IMG/VR virus record: IMGVR_UViG_3300022548_000175
Span: 4,111 to 68,110 of that record
Strand: one strand, 5' to 3'
From: a virus
Taxonomy: Duplodnaviria; Caudoviricetes
Length of the DNA: 64,000 bases
Shown here: positions 18,376-27,939 of the stretch, piece by piece
Layout of the letters: each line of letters starts with the position of its first letter
How positions within the stretch are numbered: the first letter of the stretch is position 1
Notes under the pieces: generated by a model
The model's input: the letters and a program-made list of their open reading frames with translations, nothing else
What the model was told of the DNA's origin: nothing
The model's database searches: none
Position numbers and translations under genes: made by a program

Positions 18376-20550
18376 ATGATTACAATTAATGACACTGTTA
18401 TTAAAAAGCCGGTATTTGAAAAAGTCTCTGAATTAACTATGACAGGAGACATTACAAAATGGCATGAAATGATTATGAACCAATTCTTTGAAGAAGTTGA
18501 TTTTTTGCCGCAAAATATTGGAGTTGACGTCGTATTAAGCGCCGTTGATACAAATAAAGGCTATGGAAAGGGAAGTGTTGTCGTTTGGTTTAAAAGAAAA
18601 AAAATTAATTTTCCTATTATTATTAAAAATTTTAAATTGAGCCCATTTGATGTTATGGTATATAATGCCAACGGGGAACAAAAATATCTTCCTGCTAATT
18701 TTGAAAATATAAAAAGAATAATATCAACTGATCAGATCGGGGTTCTTGAAAATATTTGGGATAAAGGAAATAACCAAATGAATTCAATTAAAACCCCGGG
18801 CGGCGTATATCCAAAACAATTAATTCCCATTACCGACCAGCCGATCGATATGACATACCCGCCATTTGCAAAAATGTCAGGATGGAGAGAGCGGGCTTAC
18901 AAAGAAGATCTTGAAAAATTTTCGACGTTTATAGAAAGTAACCCGGAAATAAAAGCAAATTATGTCGATAATACCGGAGATTTAATTACAAATATTATTA
19001 ATCTTGCAAATAGTAAAAAACAAATAATCACCGATACTGACAAGGTCAAGAATATCGATTTAAAAGGCCTTGTATCGGCAAAAAGGGCGATAACAATTAT
19101 AGACTCGGAAATATTTGACGTTAATCAACTTCAACCCATATTTCCTCCAGCCGTGTGCGAACTAAGATTATATGAATATCCTACAATGGAAGATTTCTTG
19201 GAAAGCGGAGAAAATATGAGTGAACGGTTTATGGCGACAAAAAATGGAAAGCCAATTGTCGGCATAGTTCTTGATATGAAAGATACAGAAAGCCTTTCTT
19301 ATAACTCCCCTGCAATAGAACACGCATCAATGACGAATTTAGAAAAAGAAAAATTAGTTAGACAGCCTCGCGATCAAATTTTTATATCACTTGATGGCAG
19401 TTGTTATTCAGAATTCTATGATTATTCTAAAACTGGTATTGGATTTTATGGCTCTAAAATTATTCAGGTTGTCCCGGGAATGATTGATAAAGTTCTGAAA
19501 ATTATTTCAAATAATATTAGTGATGATTTTACTTTTATCAATGAACAAAATAGATATGACGGTTCGGATAAATTATTCAATCCGATTGATACAATGGATC
19601 AGGGTCAACAAAATATTTTTTATAATTGTCCGCGCCCTTCTAAGCTTGTTGTAATTTATGGTGCAAATAATTGTTTTGAATGTATAATGTTTCGCGGCAA
19701 TTATAAAAAAATAATTGTTAACGGGTCTCCGGTTTATACCTCACAAAAAACCGTCATAATACCCGCAAATGTTGCTATAATTCAAAAAGTCAAATCAGTT
19801 AAAGATAAAGTTTATCAGATTGCCGCGCTCGGTGCCAATGAGATATTTTTAATCCCAGAAACGTCAATTGTTATTAACACAAAATATATGCATCAATATC
19901 AACCGTCTGAATTTTTACGCCCAAATCTTCCTATTCAAAAGATATTTGAAGATGCAAATATAAGCAAAACGTCTGTTGAAATTGACGCAAACGCTGGAGG
20001 GTATAGAATCGTCGGCGAGCCATATGATAACCTAAAAAAAATTGCCGGTGATAAGCCGCTTTCTACAAAATCCGCCATTAATGCGCTTCATATCATGGGA
20101 ATGGAAAAGAAAGCGGCGGAAACGGCATTAAAACATGTAATCAATCGGTATCTTAACAAGAATGCGTCCGACAAAAAAGTGTTTATATATGGATTAAGAG
20201 GCGATTATATTAATCCTGAATTTAAAATTGAAAAGAAATCGTCGCATGAGGAAGTTTTGAAAAAAATAGCCTCTATTCTTCGAAAGAACCTTATTAAAGA
20301 AGCGAGCGCTCTTAATAACCCTGACGCTGTTGATGTTGTTCTTTCTCTTAATTTTATTAATAAGGATAATTTGATTGGTTTTATAAATAATATCGGAGAA
20401 ATGAAAAGAATTCTTTCTGAGCTTTCAAAAATGCTAATAGCATCACGGTTAGGGCTGTCTGATCTTGATGAGTCGGCAATTAAAAAGACCATGGAAGGCC
20501 TTGATGACGTTATTCATGGTCTTGAAAATATTAAGCTTGCTATTAAATAG
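18376..20550 (+). CDS. Large putative virion structural protein
   Basis: 724 aa; RBS GAGGAG; several K-x-[AS] motifs (EKVS, EKKAA, KKIAS, IKEAS). Confidence 0.7.
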   Translation: MITINDTVIKKPVFEKVSELTMTGDITKWHEMIMNQFFEEVDFLPQNIGVDVVLSAVDTNKGYGKGSVVVWFKRKKINFPIIIKNFKLSPFDVMVYNANGEQKYLPANFENIKRIISTDQIGVLENIWDKGNNQMNSIKTPGGVYPKQLIPITDQPIDMTYPPFAKMSGWRERAYKEDLEKFSTFIESNPEIKANYVDNTGDLITNIINLANSKKQIITDTDKVKNIDLKGLVSAKRAITIIDSEIFDVNQLQPIFPPAVCELRLYEYPTMEDFLESGENMSERFMATKNGKPIVGIVLDMKDTESLSYNSPAIEHASMTNLEKEKLVRQPRDQIFISLDGSCYSEFYDYSKTGIGFYGSKIIQVVPGMIDKVLKIISNNISDDFTFINEQNRYDGSDKLFNPIDTMDQGQQNIFYNCPRPSKLVVIYGANNCFECIMFRGNYKKIIVNGSPVYTSQKTVIIPANVAIIQKVKSVKDKVYQIAALGANEIFLIPETSIVINTKYMHQYQPSEFLRPNLPIQKIFEDANISKTSVEIDANAGGYRIVGEPYDNLKKIAGDKPLSTKSAINALHIMGMEKKAAETALKHVINRYLNKNASDKKVFIYGLRGDYINPEFKIEKKSSHEEVLKKIASILRKNLIKEASALNNPDAVDVVLSLNFINKDNLIGFINNIGEMKRILSELSKMLIASRLGLSDLDESAIKKTMEGLDDVIHGLENIKLAIK

Positions 20551-20559
20551 AAAAAAATT

Positions 20560-20733
20560 ATGAACTATCAACCGCTGCTGATTTCTTCCCTTAAAAAAGC
20601 CATAAAAATAAAAAAACTTGAAAAAAAATATAAAAATTATAAAGATATTGAAAAAGACGCCTCAATTTCTTATGGCTTTTGGGGTAAGTTATTAGAATTT
20701 TATAACCGCTCACGAGACTTTGGCCGAAAGTGA
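20560..20733 (+). CDS. 57-aa basic hypothetical protein (not in ORF track)
   Basis: MNYQPLLISSLKKAIKIKKLEKKYKNYKDIEKDASISYGFWGK... Confidence 0.45.
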   Translation: MNYQPLLISSLKKAIKIKKLEKKYKNYKDIEKDASISYGFWGKLLEFYNRSRDFGRK

Positions 20734-20792
20734 ATTGAAATAGTTCAAAGAAGATTGTGTCTAGTCTGAAAGTGCCATTTCAACTAATAAAT

Positions 20793-20825
20793 AAAAAAAA
20801 GCCCTTTCGGTCGGGAAAGGGCTTT
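20793..20825. terminator. Intrinsic terminator ending the RT operon (possibly bidirectional)
   Basis: AAAGCCCTTTC-ggtcgg-GAAAGGGCTTT; 8-A run gives a U-tract on the minus strand. Confidence 0.85.
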
Positions 20826-20828
20826 ATT

Positions 20829-21035
20829 ATACATTACACAGAACTCACCTGGCTGGGGGTCGGGGGAACAGCCAGGTGACCTGGCGTCCGACCCGACGGG
20901 TCAGGGCGACAGTTGAATCGGCGTCTTTTTCATTTATTGATTTTGCAATAAATGAAAAATAGCCGACAATCAACTCTCAACTTTTATCAATAGAAACATT
21001 GATAATGGGTTTTATCCCAAGCTTCTGTGATGTAT
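20829..21035 (-). ncRNA. Candidate retron-type ncRNA (msr-msd) no. 1
   Basis: Terminal arms ATACATCACAGAA / TTCTGTG(TA)ATGTAT, G at 21022 opposite G at 20844, 14-bp perfect core stem 20926-20959, GC-rich hairpins; same strand and operon as the RT. Confidence 0.7.
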
Positions 21036-21190
21036 TATCTTCTCATCTTTTTCCTAATATAAGAAATGGCAGGCACAATTTGACGAACATAATCGGCTGT
21101 CGCTTCGATTAATTTGTCAATTGCCATTACAATTTCAGAGACCTCAAAATTAAACGCGGACTCTTTCCTTTTTTCTTCATCAACAGCCAT
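21035..21190 (-). CDS. 51-aa hypothetical protein in the RT operon (not in ORF track)
   Basis: RBS AGGAGG; MAVDEEKRKESAFNFEVSEIVMAIDKLIEATADYVRQIVPAISYIRKKMRR. Confidence 0.65.
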   Translation of the reverse strand: MAVDEEKRKESAFNFEVSEIVMAIDKLIEATADYVRQIVPAISYIRKKMRR

Positions 21191-21219
21191 AAACCCTCCT
21201 ATTGAAAATTGTTAATAAA

Positions 21220-21699
21220 TTAACATTTCGATAGGCGTTCTTTGACCATTCTGTCTACTTTGATGTTGAATTCATCTGACGAATGGCCTTTGACCCATCG
21301 AATATGGAATGACCGGAACTCGGAGGATAAATGATCCAGCTTCTTCCAATATTCGACGTTTATGACTGTTTTTTTATTTGTTTTTTTCCAATTATTTTTT
21401 TTCCATTCTGGAAGATATTCAAAAAAATTGTCGCATACATATTTTGAATCGGTATATACGATGACAGAATGCTTTTTTGATATTTCATAAAATTTATTAG
21501 TATAATCCATCAGCCGCTTCGCACCGGCGATAACGGCAAGTAATTCCATTTGATTATTAGTAGCGTTATCTCGTATTCCAGAATTATACATCAATTCTTT
21601 TTTTGAAGAATCAAGAATAATATATGCATACGCGCCTGGACACCCTGCGTCTCGTTTGTTTCCTATACACCCTCCGTCAGTATATATAATAAATTCCAT
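21220..21699 (-). CDS. rnhA: Ribonuclease HI
   Basis: YTDGGC, TNNQMEL, YTDSKY, WVKGH, NIKVD catalytic motifs; TAATG overlap with RT stop. Confidence 0.95.
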   Translation of the reverse strand: MEFIIYTDGGCIGNKRDAGCPGAYAYIILDSSKKELMYNSGIRDNATNNQMELLAVIAGAKRLMDYTNKFYEISKKHSVIVYTDSKYVCDNFFEYLPEWKKNNWKKTNKKTVINVEYWKKLDHLSSEFRSFHIRWVKGHSSDEFNIKVDRMVKERLSKC

Positions 21700-22763
21700 T
21701 ATACCGCCTGAGTTGATATTTGCATTTTCTTTTCAAACTCAATAAGTTGGTTCATATATTTTTGACCTTTATTATGGTCAATAGACATAAGATATGAAGC
21801 CCATCCTTTTAATTGTCTTATCAATGATTTTGTTGTATGTTCTTTATTTTTTACGGTTGCATGATGCACTTTTGCCCTAAATAACATTACCAATTTTCGT
21901 TTGACAGACGTTTTTTCATTGACGACAACACCGCACACCTTCATGCATCCGCCGCGATTTTTCCAAATTGTTTTCTTCATATTTGGTTTAAACCCGAACG
22001 CCCAAAGAAGGCGGTATGCTTTTTTTTGAACTATGGCTTTAAGATCGTTTTTATCAAGGCTCATACTGCTGAACGCCATATCATCGGCGTATCTTGTATA
22101 CACTATTCCTCTTTCGCCGCAATATTTAAGCATTTTTTCGTCATATCCCCGCATTACAATATTTGCAAGCATTGGCGATGTAGGAAATCCTTGCGCAGTA
22201 TGTCCCGAAATTGTGCAAAGCTCTATTATTCTTTTAAATAAAGATTGATACCCTGTTGTTTGGCAATATTCTGGAATAAATAACGCTTTTATTTCTTCGC
22301 ATTTATATTGATAATTTTTCAATTTATTATGATATAATGATGGGTGGCAAAGCCCGTACATCATTCTTTCATAATATTTGCAAAGCCTGCAAATATTTTT
22401 ATTCCCAAATAAACAATTCTGTAAATGATGTACGGATATTGTATCAAAAAAACTTTTAATATCAATTTTTCCTATTGATTTTGCCCCAACATGCGGCAGC
22501 GCGTTTGTTTTTATACTTCGCCCACGAACAAACCCGTGAGCAGCGCTTGAAGGCCTATATCGCATTAAAATTTTCCAATAAATGGCTTTTTGTAGATATT
22601 TTAAATCTTTATCTGGAGCGATAATAATTCTTTTACTTCCATCGCTTTTTGGTATTTGAATTCTTTGAACATGATGTTCTTTATTTGCAATAACATTATC
22701 AATAAAAGAAATATCTTTTCCAAAAATATTTTCAATATCAAAGTTTGATTTTATCTCCGGCAT
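21699..22763 (-). CDS. Retron-type reverse transcriptase (probable start MPEIK at 22763; track start 22856)
   Basis: IPKSDGSKRII, AHGFVRGRSIKTNALPH (NAxxH region X), IDIKSFF, QGFPTSP, YTRYADD, VCG in place of VTG (region Y). Confidence 0.92.
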   Translation of the reverse strand: MPEIKSNFDIENIFGKDISFIDNVIANKEHHVQRIQIPKSDGSKRIIIAPDKDLKYLQKAIYWKILMRYRPSSAAHGFVRGRSIKTNALPHVGAKSIGKIDIKSFFDTISVHHLQNCLFGNKNICRLCKYYERMMYGLCHPSLYHNKLKNYQYKCEEIKALFIPEYCQTTGYQSLFKRIIELCTISGHTAQGFPTSPMLANIVMRGYDEKMLKYCGERGIVYTRYADDMAFSSMSLDKNDLKAIVQKKAYRLLWAFGFKPNMKKTIWKNRGGCMKVCGVVVNEKTSVKRKLVMLFRAKVHHATVKNKEHTTKSLIRQLKGWASYLMSIDHNKGQKYMNQLIEFEKKMQISTQAV

Positions 22764-23832
22764 TTGATTTTGCCTCCTGCTCTTTTTGGGATTGTTTTCT
22801 GGCCTCGTCAATATCCATTCCCGTCTTAACAAGTTCAATCGCGCGCTTTTCAACATTATCTTCCTTATCTACTCCGTATTTTTCCATGTTGTCGGCCCCT
22901 TCCGCAGAATTTGTTTTAGTTTTATTGAAATAACAATCAACATCATCAAGAAATTTATTTTCATCCTCATTTTTTATAAGACACGCGCCGACTGAAAAAT
23001 GCCCGCCGCCGCGGCCATATGAGAGATTTCTAAAAAATTCTCCAATATTGATTGTATTCTGCTTTCCGCACCATTGATTATAACCCATTTGAATATATTT
23101 ATGATGCGGGCCTGATAATGATATTCTGATTGCGTATTTAATATCCGGAATCATTAAGAACTCGGAATATCTTGGAAACTGTCCCTGCCTGGTTTGATGA
23201 ATAATCGAACAATCCCCGAATTTCAAAATATTTTTCATAATTTTCAAGGCAATATTTTTTATATTTTTTACCTCTTGATATGTAATACCCATTTTTTTAA
23301 TGGCATATCCAACATCGCATTTATTTAAAGCGATATTTTCTACGATTCTCGAATATGTCATATCAGAGGGGAAGGTGGTCTCAATGTATGCCCGAAGAAT
23401 CATGAGCGGGTGGTCTGATTCAAAAATAAATTGCGGGGATGGAAACGACGCCGAATCAATCATATTTGCCATTGCCGATAAATCAGGAAAATGATCTCCA
23501 AATTTTTTGGTCAATATTTGAACAAGAGATTTTGCGGAAGGGTCATACCAAATATTATCCGTCATGATTTGGTCTGGACCAAAATCCGGACTATAATGAT
23601 GATCCGCCCAAATTGTGGCTCTTTTATTAAATTCAAAATCGAAAATGGCTAATTCTTCGTTTATCGGTATTTTTTCTAATATTTTTTTTAATGTTTCCCC
23701 CCTCATCGTCGAGTTTACCGGATGTAAACAAGACGTAAAATAATTGAACTTTTTTTCTTGTGCATTATAATGCAAGAATAGGCTTGCTGATATTATCCCA
23801 TCAACATCGTTATGAAAAATGATATGCTCCAA
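22738..23832 (-). CDS. DHH-family phosphoesterase
   Basis: HNDVDG, IFDF, ADHH, DHHA1-like GGGH; TTG start with AAAGGAGG RBS. Confidence 0.85.
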   Translation of the reverse strand: MEHIIFHNDVDGIISASLFLHYNAQEKKFNYFTSCLHPVNSTMRGETLKKILEKIPINEELAIFDFEFNKRATIWADHHYSPDFGPDQIMTDNIWYDPSAKSLVQILTKKFGDHFPDLSAMANMIDSASFPSPQFIFESDHPLMILRAYIETTFPSDMTYSRIVENIALNKCDVGYAIKKMGITYQEVKNIKNIALKIMKNILKFGDCSIIHQTRQGQFPRYSEFLMIPDIKYAIRISLSGPHHKYIQMGYNQWCGKQNTINIGEFFRNLSYGRGGGHFSVGACLIKNEDENKFLDDVDCYFNKTKTNSAEGADNMEKYGVDKEDNVEKRAIELVKTGMDIDEARKQSQKEQEAKSNAGDKIKL

Positions 23833-23951
23833 GCCGCCTCCTTTGTGGTTTAAGTTATAAAAAAGAGCTTGTTATGGTGAATAAACTGAGTCCGACTTAT
23901 TGATAAAGGACTCTCATAATAACAATACCATAATTAAAAATAAAATAACAC

Positions 23952-24218
23952 TTATGGCTTCAATATACGACGGTCGGTGAGATTTCCAAGTTTTTTATTT
24001 TTATTGACGGCGGGTCTCAAATATTCGGATCCTTTTGGCGGGACGCTTTTTTTTAGAATATATCGAAGCGGTTGAATATCATTATTTCTTCTGGCTGATT
24101 CTAGAGTATCATTTTTGGAAAATGTATTATTTGTTTTAATCGTTTTTCCACGATATATATTTGAAAAACTTTTTGAGAGATTAAGCGTTGAAATTATTTG
24201 AGCTAATTTTATAATCAT
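23952..24218 (-). CDS. Hypothetical basic protein (K-x-A motif)
   Basis: MIIKLAQ. Confidence 0.5.
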   Translation of the reverse strand: MIIKLAQIISTLNLSKSFSNIYRGKTIKTNNTFSKNDTLESARRNNDIQPLRYILKKSVPPKGSEYLRPAVNKNKKLGNLTDRRILKP

Positions 24219-24220
24219 TA

Positions 24221-24622
24221 TTATGCGCTGTAGCTTTCAAATACATTCCCGATTTTGCCGGCGCCATATGTTGCCGCGCTGCCGGCCCCTATTTTAGCCG
24301 CTGGTTTTATCCAACGGCCGCTCCCCATATAATTTGAAAAACGCCTAAAAATACCAGGTCTAGGATTTAAATAATTTTCAAAACTTTTTAATGCTGACGG
24401 CGCCGTTCGTTCAATACTTTGAAAAACTGATGGAGCGTATTGTTTTACGGCTGAATATGCGGCTCTGGCGAATGGCCTAGCCATTCTCCCTATACTATGA
24501 ACAGCCCCTCTTGCTAACATTCCGCCAACAGTCCCTCCAATAAATCTTAAAACTCCAAGCTTTTCAAGTTCGTCTTGAAAAGCTTGGCGATAAATGTCTT
24601 GCAATATTTCCTGTTTATTCAT
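24221..24622 (-). CDS. Putative internal head protein with conserved leader
   Basis: MNKQEILQDIYRQAFQDELEKLG. Confidence 0.65.
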   Translation of the reverse strand: MNKQEILQDIYRQAFQDELEKLGVLRFIGGTVGGMLARGAVHSIGRMARPFARAAYSAVKQYAPSVFQSIERTAPSALKSFENYLNPRPGIFRRFSNYMGSGRWIKPAAKIGAGSAATYGAGKIGNVFESYSA

Positions 24623-24626
24623 TGTT

Positions 24627-25121
24627 TCAGTCGCTCATAGATTTTCCAATTGCGAATCCAGCCATACCGGCGCCAATTGGAACGACCAAATCATTTTTTT
24701 CAAGCGTTTTTAAATATTTTGGAATCCGTTTTAAATACTTTTGCTTGATAAGTTTTCTTAGAAGCGGATTCTTTGCAATTTTTTCCATTTCATTCTTCCA
24801 TCCTTGATGGCGAATTTGATCAAGAATGGCCTTTTTATTTATTCCACTTTTCCTTTTCATTTGCTTCCCATAATTTAACCCTTTATAAAAATATGTTCGA
24901 GCAATTTCTTGATTTTCAATCGCATTACGGTTAATAAATTCCCTTGCCATAGCATTCGCCATGTTTTCGGCGCCGCTTTTTTTTCCAGATTGATACGCCA
25001 AAGCTCCGACGGCGGTTGGCGTTCCTAATGCAGCGCCGATTGCCGCAGCCTGAACGGCAGGATTTTTTGCCAATTTATATACTTTTCTTGCGGTATTGAT
25101 TTTTTTTAATATATTTGGCAT
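24627..25121 (-). CDS. Putative virion protein with internal copy of leader motif
   Basis: INKKAILDQIRHQGWKNEMEKIA; two hydrophobic Gly/Ala segments. Confidence 0.6.
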   Translation of the reverse strand: MPNILKKINTARKVYKLAKNPAVQAAAIGAALGTPTAVGALAYQSGKKSGAENMANAMAREFINRNAIENQEIARTYFYKGLNYGKQMKRKSGINKKAILDQIRHQGWKNEMEKIAKNPLLRKLIKQKYLKRIPKYLKTLEKNDLVVPIGAGMAGFAIGKSMSD

Positions 25122-25187
25122 GCTTCCCTCCTTTTATATATAATATAATTAATAATAATATAATATAAAATATATATTTATATATAT

Positions 25188-26213
25188 ATGAGTAAGGTAC
25201 CTTTTGAAAAATTTATTATATCGCTTTTATTTTCAAATAAAAGCATACCATTTATCGTCGATAAACTTAAGACATTTAATTATCATGTAAAAGACGAAGA
25301 AGTGTCTGAAATATTCGACGATATTAAGGGCATATTGCCGCCTAATATTGTAAATCTTTTAAATGCAGGAAATATCTTAAATTTGGACGATCCAAATCAT
25401 GTTCAATGGCTTAAACAATTTGATATATTTGAGATTTTTGAATATATGCATAAAAAATATGATAATCCGCCGTTATATTATAAATGGATTGATGATATTA
25501 TTTGGGCTCATACTTATGAAGACGTAATGACATTAATAAATATTTTTATGTTTAATGGAGAACCGTTTGACTCAATTTCTGATATTATTATGTTTAAATA
25601 TAGAAAAAAAATTGGCATAGACGCGCTGCAATTATATCAAAAATTATTTTGGAATTCAAAAAATATGACGTCAAAAGAGGCCATGTACTATTGCATTCCG
25701 TTTAGAACAAACACGGTTGTTGTTAGAAAAATACGAATGGGCAATGGAGAAATAATAAATTCTGAAGAAAATAATGATGGATCAGATATAAATGTTCTTT
25801 TTTATGACAACAATTACATAAAATGGAAAATAGGATATAAAAATGTTAAAATCCCAACCGCTAAAGATTTTTTTGATTCCGTAAAAAAAGATAGCTTTTT
25901 TAAATATCAAGAAGTGATGAATATGACCCAAAGTGTTGAGGTTTTTAGCGAAGAGGGCGTTAATGATAAAATAGGAGCGTATAATATTCATCGTATATCC
26001 AAAAGAAATGTTGAAGAACAGCGCGCAAAATTATCAAAAATGTGGCTTGATATATACTTAAAAGCCAATGAATCCGCCCCTGAAACCAAAGAGAATGAAG
26101 ATTTTTTTAATAAACTCGAGCAAGTATCGCTTGATTTCAATGATGATGAAAAAATAGTCGACATTGGAAGCGTTCCAGACATTTTGAACGATATTAAAGG
26201 GGATATATCGTAA
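25188..26213 (+). CDS. Hypothetical protein upstream of terminase (possible small-subunit-like role)
   Basis: 341-aa ORF; the functional guess rests on position only. Confidence 0.5.
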   Translation: MSKVPFEKFIISLLFSNKSIPFIVDKLKTFNYHVKDEEVSEIFDDIKGILPPNIVNLLNAGNILNLDDPNHVQWLKQFDIFEIFEYMHKKYDNPPLYYKWIDDIIWAHTYEDVMTLINIFMFNGEPFDSISDIIMFKYRKKIGIDALQLYQKLFWNSKNMTSKEAMYYCIPFRTNTVVVRKIRMGNGEIINSEENNDGSDINVLFYDNNYIKWKIGYKNVKIPTAKDFFDSVKKDSFFKYQEVMNMTQSVEVFSEEGVNDKIGAYNIHRISKRNVEEQRAKLSKMWLDIYLKANESAPETKENEDFFNKLEQVSLDFNDDEKIVDIGSVPDILNDIKGDIS

Positions 26214-26256
26214 CGCCGATCGGCAAATAATTTTAACCAGTATCGGCCCCCTATAT

Positions 26257-27939
26257 ATGCGGGAAAATTCAAAAATGAATATACGCCCATCTGATTTTGC
26301 CTGTAAAATCTTTCATATTAACGGCATGCCTTTTCAAATGCCAAAAAATTCTATGAGGCATTTATATCCTATTTATAATAAACCATCAAGAACAATATTA
26401 CTTAAATTTGGCAGACAAACGCATAAATCGACTACTTTAGCAAATAAGCTAGCTCTTCCGTCGATAAAATATCCAAATTACCATTCTTTATATGTCGCCC
26501 CGACAGGGCATCAAGTGTCTGTTTTTTCGACTGATAAATTAAATGGAGCGCTTCGCGGATCGAATATAGTTCGTGATTATTTTATGAACACCCAAACAAG
26601 AGATCAAATATCATATAAAGAATTGGTGAATGGAAGCAAGATATATCTTCGATCCGCCTTTCATACCGCCGACTCAATTCGCGGCATTTCAGCTGATAGC
26701 GTCATTATAGACGAGATTCAAGACATTATTAGCGATCATGTGTCCGTTATCGAGCAATGCATGAGCCATAGTATGGCAAAACACGCGATGTTAAAAGAGC
26801 AATGCCGCGATATTCCAAAGCATTTGTTTCACTGCAGTATGTACGCCGGAACGCCAAAAACAATTGAAAATACCATGGAGAAATATTGGCAGCAATCTAC
26901 TCAAAACGAATGGATAATAAAATGTCAACATTGTAATAAATATAATTACATAAATGAATACAATATAGGCGATACTTGTCTTATATGCAATAAATGTAAA
27001 AAGCCAATATTTTATGAAGATGGTCAATGGGTTTCCATGAATTCGAACGGATTTATAGAAGGGTACCGCCTTCCGCAAATAGTTTTAAATTGGATTAATA
27101 ACAGAGAAAATCCTGAATCATGGAAAACACAAGTCATAGATACAAGAAAAATTTATTCTACAGAAAAATATTTTAATGAAGTTCTAGCTTTACCATATGC
27201 AAACGCAAAACACCCTATAAGCATTGTTGAAATTAAGGCTGTATGTAAACAATACCCGCCAATGTCCGAGAATGATAGTGCATCGCATCCAATGATTAAA
27301 GGGTATATGAATTTCGCCGGCATTGATTGGGGAAAAGGAGATACGGCAAGCGGAACATCGTATTCGGTCCTTTCAATATGCTCACAAATAAAAAATAGGT
27401 TCAGTCTTATATTTAATAAGAGATATACAGGAAGGCTGTCAGACCCTTTAATTCAAATAGACGACATGATTCGTCTTATACATTTATTTGATTGTAAAAT
27501 AGTAATAGCAGACACCGGAGACGGTAGAGTATCAAACGCCATAATGGTTGAAAAGCTTGGAGCGGAAAGGTTCGCTGAAGTATATGAGCATGGAACAATT
27601 CGTAAAAAAATTCATTGGGACGGCGCTAAAGGACATTACCTCATTAATCGTACAAGAGTTATGACTGACGTAATAATGGAAATAAAAAGAAATCAAGTCG
27701 ATTTCTTCAGATTTGAAGATTTTGAACCATATGCTCAAGATTTTACCGGTATATATGCCGAATATAGCGAAAGAACCCGTTTAACAAGATATGATCATGT
27801 TGTTCCTGACGATTGTTTTCATGCATATATGTTCGCAAGAATAGGAAAAGCGATTATAACCGGCGAATATTCAAGATATTTAAGTCATGCTCAAGATTGG
27901 GACGACACTTCAGACCCGGGGGCGATTACATTACCATGA
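26257..27939 (+). CDS. terL: Terminase large subunit
   Basis: Walker A region FGRQTHKST, Walker B VIIDEIQD, GTPKT coupling motif, CxxC..CxxC, nuclease AGIDWG and C-terminal PDDCFHA. Confidence 0.9.
   Translation: MRENSKMNIRPSDFACKIFHINGMPFQMPKNSMRHLYPIYNKPSRTILLKFGRQTHKSTTLANKLALPSIKYPNYHSLYVAPTGHQVSVFSTDKLNGALRGSNIVRDYFMNTQTRDQISYKELVNGSKIYLRSAFHTADSIRGISADSVIIDEIQDIISDHVSVIEQCMSHSMAKHAMLKEQCRDIPKHLFHCSMYAGTPKTIENTMEKYWQQSTQNEWIIKCQHCNKYNYINEYNIGDTCLICNKCKKPIFYEDGQWVSMNSNGFIEGYRLPQIVLNWINNRENPESWKTQVIDTRKIYSTEKYFNEVLALPYANAKHPISIVEIKAVCKQYPPMSENDSASHPMIKGYMNFAGIDWGKGDTASGTSYSVLSICSQIKNRFSLIFNKRYTGRLSDPLIQIDDMIRLIHLFDCKIVIADTGDGRVSNAIMVEKLGAERFAEVYEHGTIRKKIHWDGAKGHYLINRTRVMTDVIMEIKRNQVDFFRFEDFEPYAQDFTGIYAEYSERTRLTRYDHVVPDDCFHAYMFARIGKAIITGEYSRYLSHAQDWDDTSDPGAITLP

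Noticed and set aside
18376-20550. Portal protein assignment
   Set aside because: No portal motif was recognised, so it is left as an unassigned structural protein.
21699-22763. RT as a DGR or group II intron enzyme
   Set aside because: It has retron NAxxH and VxG motifs. I saw no TR/VR pair with A-specific mismatches, no avd gene, no maturase/endonuclease domain and no intron domain V.
2-27939. Inteins or introns in RNAP or terminase
   Set aside because: No Cys..His-Asn splice motifs or LAGLIDADG/HNH inserts were seen, and motif spacing is compact.
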